64,000 nucleotides of DNA from an uncultured Clostridia bacterium (lineage in GTDB: Bacteria > Bacillota > Clostridia > TANB77 > CAG-508), in NCBI GenBank assembly GCA_944392605.1, contig CALXXE010000005.1:73525-137524 (forward strand), written 5' to 3'. Shown piece by piece: positions 60,204-64,000 of the stretch. The first letter of the stretch is position 1; every line of letters begins with the position of its first letter. The notes below the pieces were generated by a model that had not been told where the DNA came from, did no database searches, and saw nothing but the letters and a program-made list of their open reading frames with translations. A program made the translations under genes and the position numbers.

Positions 60204-61198
60204 AAATGCAAAAAAATGAAAATAATATATTAATTTATCAAGACGAAGATGGTGTTACAAAAGTTTTAGTAAAATTTAGTGATGAAGATATATGGCTTAC
60301 ACAAAATCAAATTGCTGAAATTTATAAAACAACACAAGAAAATATTTCAATGCACATAAAAAATATTTATAAAGATGGAGAATTAGAAAATGATTCAACT
60401 AATAAGAAATTCTTATTAGTTCAAAATGAAGGAAATAGGAAAGTTAAAAGAAATATTGACCACTATAATTTGGATATGATAATAGCATTGGGATATAGAG
60501 TACAGTCACAAGTTGCAACAAGATTTAGAATATGGGCTACTCAAAGACTTCACGAATATATACAAAAAGGATTTGCAATGGATGATGAGAGATTAAAACA
60601 AGGTGGATCAAGGTATTTTAGAGAACTATTACAAAGAATTAGAGATATCCGTTCATCTGAAAGAAATTTCTATCAACAAGTTACAGATATATATGCAACA
60701 TCAATAGATTATGATCCTCGTTCTGATTTAACAAAGAAATTTTTTGCGACAGTGCAAAACAAATTACATTTTGCAGTTCACGAACATACAGCGGCAGAAC
60801 TCATATATGAAAGAGTTGATAATGAAAAGCCATTTGTTGGTATGACTAATTTTAAAGGTGATTATGTAACTGTTGATGATGTAAAAATTGCTAAGAACTA
60901 TCTTTCTGAAATTGAATTACAAAGGTTAAATTTATTAGTTTCTCAATTTTTGGATTATGCAGAATTTCAGGCTTTAGAACAAAGAGCAATGACAATGGAA
61001 GACTGGATAAAAGAATTAGATAACCAAATAATACAAAACAAAAGAAAGCTACTTGAAGGTAAAGGAAAAATATCTCATCAAGAGGCAATGGAAAAGGCAG
61101 AAAAGGAATTTGAAATATATAGAGATAGAGAAATGAAACAATTAGAAAGTGACTTTGATAAAATGGTTAAAATGTTAAAAGACAATAACAAACAATAA
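60200..61198 (+). CDS. RhuM-family protein (virulence-associated / DNA-binding family)
   Basis: LTQNQIAEIYKTTQENISMHIKNIYKDGEL...MIIALGYRVQSQVATRFRIWATQRLHEYIQKGF. Confidence 0.8.
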   Translation: MKMQKNENNILIYQDEDGVTKVLVKFSDEDIWLTQNQIAEIYKTTQENISMHIKNIYKDGELENDSTNKKFLLVQNEGNRKVKRNIDHYNLDMIIALGYRVQSQVATRFRIWATQRLHEYIQKGFAMDDERLKQGGSRYFRELLQRIRDIRSSERNFYQQVTDIYATSIDYDPRSDLTKKFFATVQNKLHFAVHEHTAAELIYERVDNEKPFVGMTNFKGDYVTVDDVKIAKNYLSEIELQRLNLLVSQFLDYAEFQALEQRAMTMEDWIKELDNQIIQNKRKLLEGKGKISHQEAMEKAEKEFEIYRDREMKQLESDFDKMVKMLKDNNKQ

Positions 61199-61359
61199 AT
61201 ATTTTACCAAGAGAGAACGTAAAGCATATTTTTTAAAGTTCTAAAATTTTGAATTTTTAGAGCTTTTTATTATACTTATTTTCTAAATAATTTACCAATT
61301 CACTTTTTACGTAAATAAAACATAATATATAACAGAATAAAGTGAAAGGTGGTAGAAAA

Positions 61360-62613
61360 ATGTCAGAATACATAATAAAAGGAGGAAAAAAGCTAGAAGG
61401 AATTGTTAACATATCAGGATCTAAAAATGCATCACTACCAATTATAGCAGCGACAATATTAAATGGTGGAAAGAGCACATTATATAATGTACCAAAAATT
61501 CATGATACGGAGATGATGTTTGAAATATTAAAAAGTTTAGGAGGAACGGTAGAAAAAAAGAAAAATAAAGTTATAATAGATACTAGTAAAATAGATAAAT
61601 TTGAAATACCAGAAAATTTAATGAGACAAATGCGTTCATCTGTTATATTAGTTGGCGGATTACTTGGAAAACATAGAAAAGCAACATTTTCGTACCCTGG
61701 TGGATGTGATATTGGAACTAGACCAATTGAATTACATTTAAAGGCTTTTGAAAAATTAGGAATAAATATTAATAAAAACTATGGAAATATAGAGTGCTTT
61801 TGTGATAGAATAATAGGGGAAAAAATCGACTTAGATTTTCCAAGCGTTGGAGCAACTGAAAATGCTATACTTACAAGCTGTTTAGCAGATGGAATAACAA
61901 TTATAAATAATGCAGCAAGAGAACCTGAGATAATAGATCTTCAAAATTTCTTAAACAAAATGGGAGCAAAGATAAAGGGAGCTGGTTCTAGTCATATAGA
62001 AATAGAAGGTGTTAAACAATTAAAAGATGTAAGCTATAATGTTATGCCAGACAGAATAGAAACAGGAACATTTTTATGCTTAGCTGCAATTAATCGTTCT
62101 AACATGATAATAGAAAATGCTGATGCAAATCATATAACTCCTGTTGTTGATAAATTAGAGGAGATGGGATGTAATTTAAAAATAGAAAAAAATCAAATAG
62201 AAATAAAAACACCAAAGAAACTTAAAACGATAGATATAAAGACAATGCCATATCCAGGCTTCCCAACAGATATGCAGTCAATTTTTGTAGCATTACTTAC
62301 AACAGTAAAGGGAACGTCAGTAGTGGTGGAAAATATATTTGAAAATCGTTATAGATTTGCACAAGAACTGGTAAGAATGGGAGCTAAAATAACAATAGAA
62401 GGAAAAACAGCTATAATAAAAGGTGTAAAAAAGCTTTATGGAGCAAGTGTAAATGCAACAGACTTAAGAGGAGGAGCAGCATTAGTTTTAGCTGGAAGTG
62501 TAGCAAGGGGAACAACAAAAATAGAAAATATTGAATATATATTAAGGGGATATGAAAACTTTATAACAAAACTTCAAAAGTTAGGACTAGATATAGAAAT
62601 GATTAAGGGCTAG
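61360..62613 (+). CDS. murA: UDP-N-acetylglucosamine 1-carboxyvinyltransferase
   Basis: NISGSKNASLPIIAATIL, PGGCDIGTRPIELH active-site Cys; the ATG at 61360 follows AAAGGTGG. Confidence 0.95.
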   Translation: MSEYIIKGGKKLEGIVNISGSKNASLPIIAATILNGGKSTLYNVPKIHDTEMMFEILKSLGGTVEKKKNKVIIDTSKIDKFEIPENLMRQMRSSVILVGGLLGKHRKATFSYPGGCDIGTRPIELHLKAFEKLGININKNYGNIECFCDRIIGEKIDLDFPSVGATENAILTSCLADGITIINNAAREPEIIDLQNFLNKMGAKIKGAGSSHIEIEGVKQLKDVSYNVMPDRIETGTFLCLAAINRSNMIIENADANHITPVVDKLEEMGCNLKIEKNQIEIKTPKKLKTIDIKTMPYPGFPTDMQSIFVALLTTVKGTSVVVENIFENRYRFAQELVRMGAKITIEGKTAIIKGVKKLYGASVNATDLRGGAALVLAGSVARGTTKIENIEYILRGYENFITKLQKLGLDIEMIKG

Positions 62614-62659
62614 AAGCCCTTAAATAAATAAGTACTTGTCCGAAAAAGGAGGACTGAAA

Positions 62660-63655
62660 TTGTCAAGAAAGACTAAAGATATTAATCCATATTATATGGA
62701 AGAAAATGAAAATAAAGAAAAAAATGAAGAACTGATAAAAAGGAAAAAGCAAAAGGAAAGAGAAAAAAGAATTAATCAAAAAAAGAAATCAGAAGAAAGA
62801 GAAGATAAATTTGATTTAGATACAGAAACAGTAATTAATATGACTAATAAAAACAAATTAAAAAAAGATGAAGAAAAGAGAAAGAAAATATCAAGAGAAG
62901 AGCGAAAAAGAAAAAAGAGAATAAAAAGAATAAAGCTTTTTGTGAAATTGTTTTTATTTGTAGGAATAATAGCTGGAGGAATTACTTTTGCTTTGACTTC
63001 ACCAATTTTTAACATAAAAGACATAAATGTAATAAATAATATTACGATACCAAGTGATACAATAGTTAGTTTATCAGGGTTAAAGCCTGAAGAAAATATA
63101 TTCAAATTCTATAAAGGAGATGTTATTAACAAAATAAAAGAAAATCCATATGTAGAGAGTGTGGAAATACATAGAAAATTACCAAGTACAATTGAAATAG
63201 ATGTGACAGAAAGAGTAGCAACCTATAATGTAGATTATATGGGAAAATATGCTTATATAAATACACAAGGTTATATATTAGAAATTTCTGATGATAGTAG
63301 AGGTATGCCAATAATACAAGGAGCTACGACAAGTGAAGATGAAATAGTTCCAGGAAATAGATTAAATGAGAATGATTTGAGGAGACTAGAAGTAGTAATA
63401 AGAATAATGAATGCAGCAAAGGATAGTGGACTAGACGGACAAGTCACAAGTATTGACATTAGTAATGAAAACGAATATAGTATATATCTAAATGATGAGA
63501 AAAAAACTGTACATCTAGGAGATGCAAGTAATTTAAGTAATAAAATGTTATATATACAGGCAATTATAGAGCAAGAGAAAGGAAAAGAGGGGGAAATATT
63601 TGTAAATGGAGACATAAATAATAACTTCAATCCATATTTTAGAGAGAAAGTATAG
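62660..63655 (+). CDS. divIB: Cell division protein FtsQ/DivIB
   Basis: K/E-rich cytoplasmic tail, one TM, POTRA (FNIKDINVINN..IPSDTIVSLSGL); the TTG at 62660 is 7 nt after AAGGAGG (ORF-track start is 62636). Confidence 0.8.
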   Translation: MSRKTKDINPYYMEENENKEKNEELIKRKKQKEREKRINQKKKSEEREDKFDLDTETVINMTNKNKLKKDEEKRKKISREERKRKKRIKRIKLFVKLFLFVGIIAGGITFALTSPIFNIKDINVINNITIPSDTIVSLSGLKPEENIFKFYKGDVINKIKENPYVESVEIHRKLPSTIEIDVTERVATYNVDYMGKYAYINTQGYILEISDDSRGMPIIQGATTSEDEIVPGNRLNENDLRRLEVVIRIMNAAKDSGLDGQVTSIDISNENEYSIYLNDEKKTVHLGDASNLSNKMLYIQAIIEQEKGKEGEIFVNGDINNNFNPYFREKV

Positions 63656-63667
63656 AGAGGTGAGATT

Positions 63668-64000
63668 ATGCAAAATAAAAAAGTTGTTGCAATAGTGTTA
63701 GGAGTTATGTGTTTTGCATTAACGGCTGGAATATGCATACAAATAAGGACTGTACGAGGAACTAATTCAACAGTTAGTAATGACTATGAAGAAAATAATC
63801 TAAGAGCAGAGGTTCTAAGATATAAGGAAAGATATGATAATAAAGTTAAAGAATTATCAGATGCAGAGGCAGAATTAGAAAAAGAAAGAGAAAGTGCAAC
63901 TCAAAACGATACAGCTTTAAAGGATAAAGAAGAAGAAATAACAGCAGGAAATAAAATTATAGGATTAACAGAAGTAACAGGACCAGGCGTAATTGTAACA
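63668..64000 (+). CDS. DUF881-family division-associated protein, N-terminal fragment (runs off the window)
   Basis: GAGAGGTGAG SD; TM VVAIVLGVMCFALTAGICI, coiled coil, then GLTEVTGPGVIVT; no stop codon before the window end. Confidence 0.7.
   Translation, partial: MQNKKVVAIVLGVMCFALTAGICIQIRTVRGTNSTVSNDYEENNLRAEVLRYKERYDNKVKELSDAEAELEKERESATQNDTALKDKEEEITAGNKIIGLTEVTGPGVIVT

Overview
AT-rich chromosomal segment. Hand counts give about 25% GC in typical 60-nt lines. The gene content points to an endospore-forming Firmicute, Clostridia-like: rpsF-ssb-rpsR, cwlD-like amidase, PdaB-like deacetylase, pflBA, adhE, asnS, murA-divIB-DUF881. I can support about 60 protein genes, mostly on the + strand. 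I recognised no rRNA, tRNA, CRISPR array, transposase or integrase. All family assignments are motif recognition by eye on the supplied translations; no searches were run.

The most unusual content is two short compositional islands with about 45-47% GC in sampled lines and a non-host codon style. Island 1 is 19756-20540 and carries one orphan 213-aa gene. Island 2 is 57540-59175 and carries 3-4 orphan genes, each with its own promoter and terminator. Island 2 lies in an accessory stretch between asnS and murA that also holds a TM protein and a RhuM-family gene.

Other notable points:
- A DUF4143-type AAA+ ATPase gene is bracketed by perfect 31-nt direct repeats. A paralogous ATPase has a duplicated 37-nt operator-like motif around its promoter.
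- A promoter-to-terminator unit of about 170 nt without an ORF is a candidate sRNA.
- Three genes are damaged or atypical: VanY with an in-frame TAA, adhE with a 1-nt frameshift at a CCC run, and an M23 peptidase with no canonical start codon.
- A TauE/SafE exporter is split into two half-size genes.
- There is a 2,713-aa cyclic beta-1,2-glucan synthase-like gene.
- Two clusters of uncharacterised genes lie at 26.1-30.1 kb and 41.9-44.6 kb.
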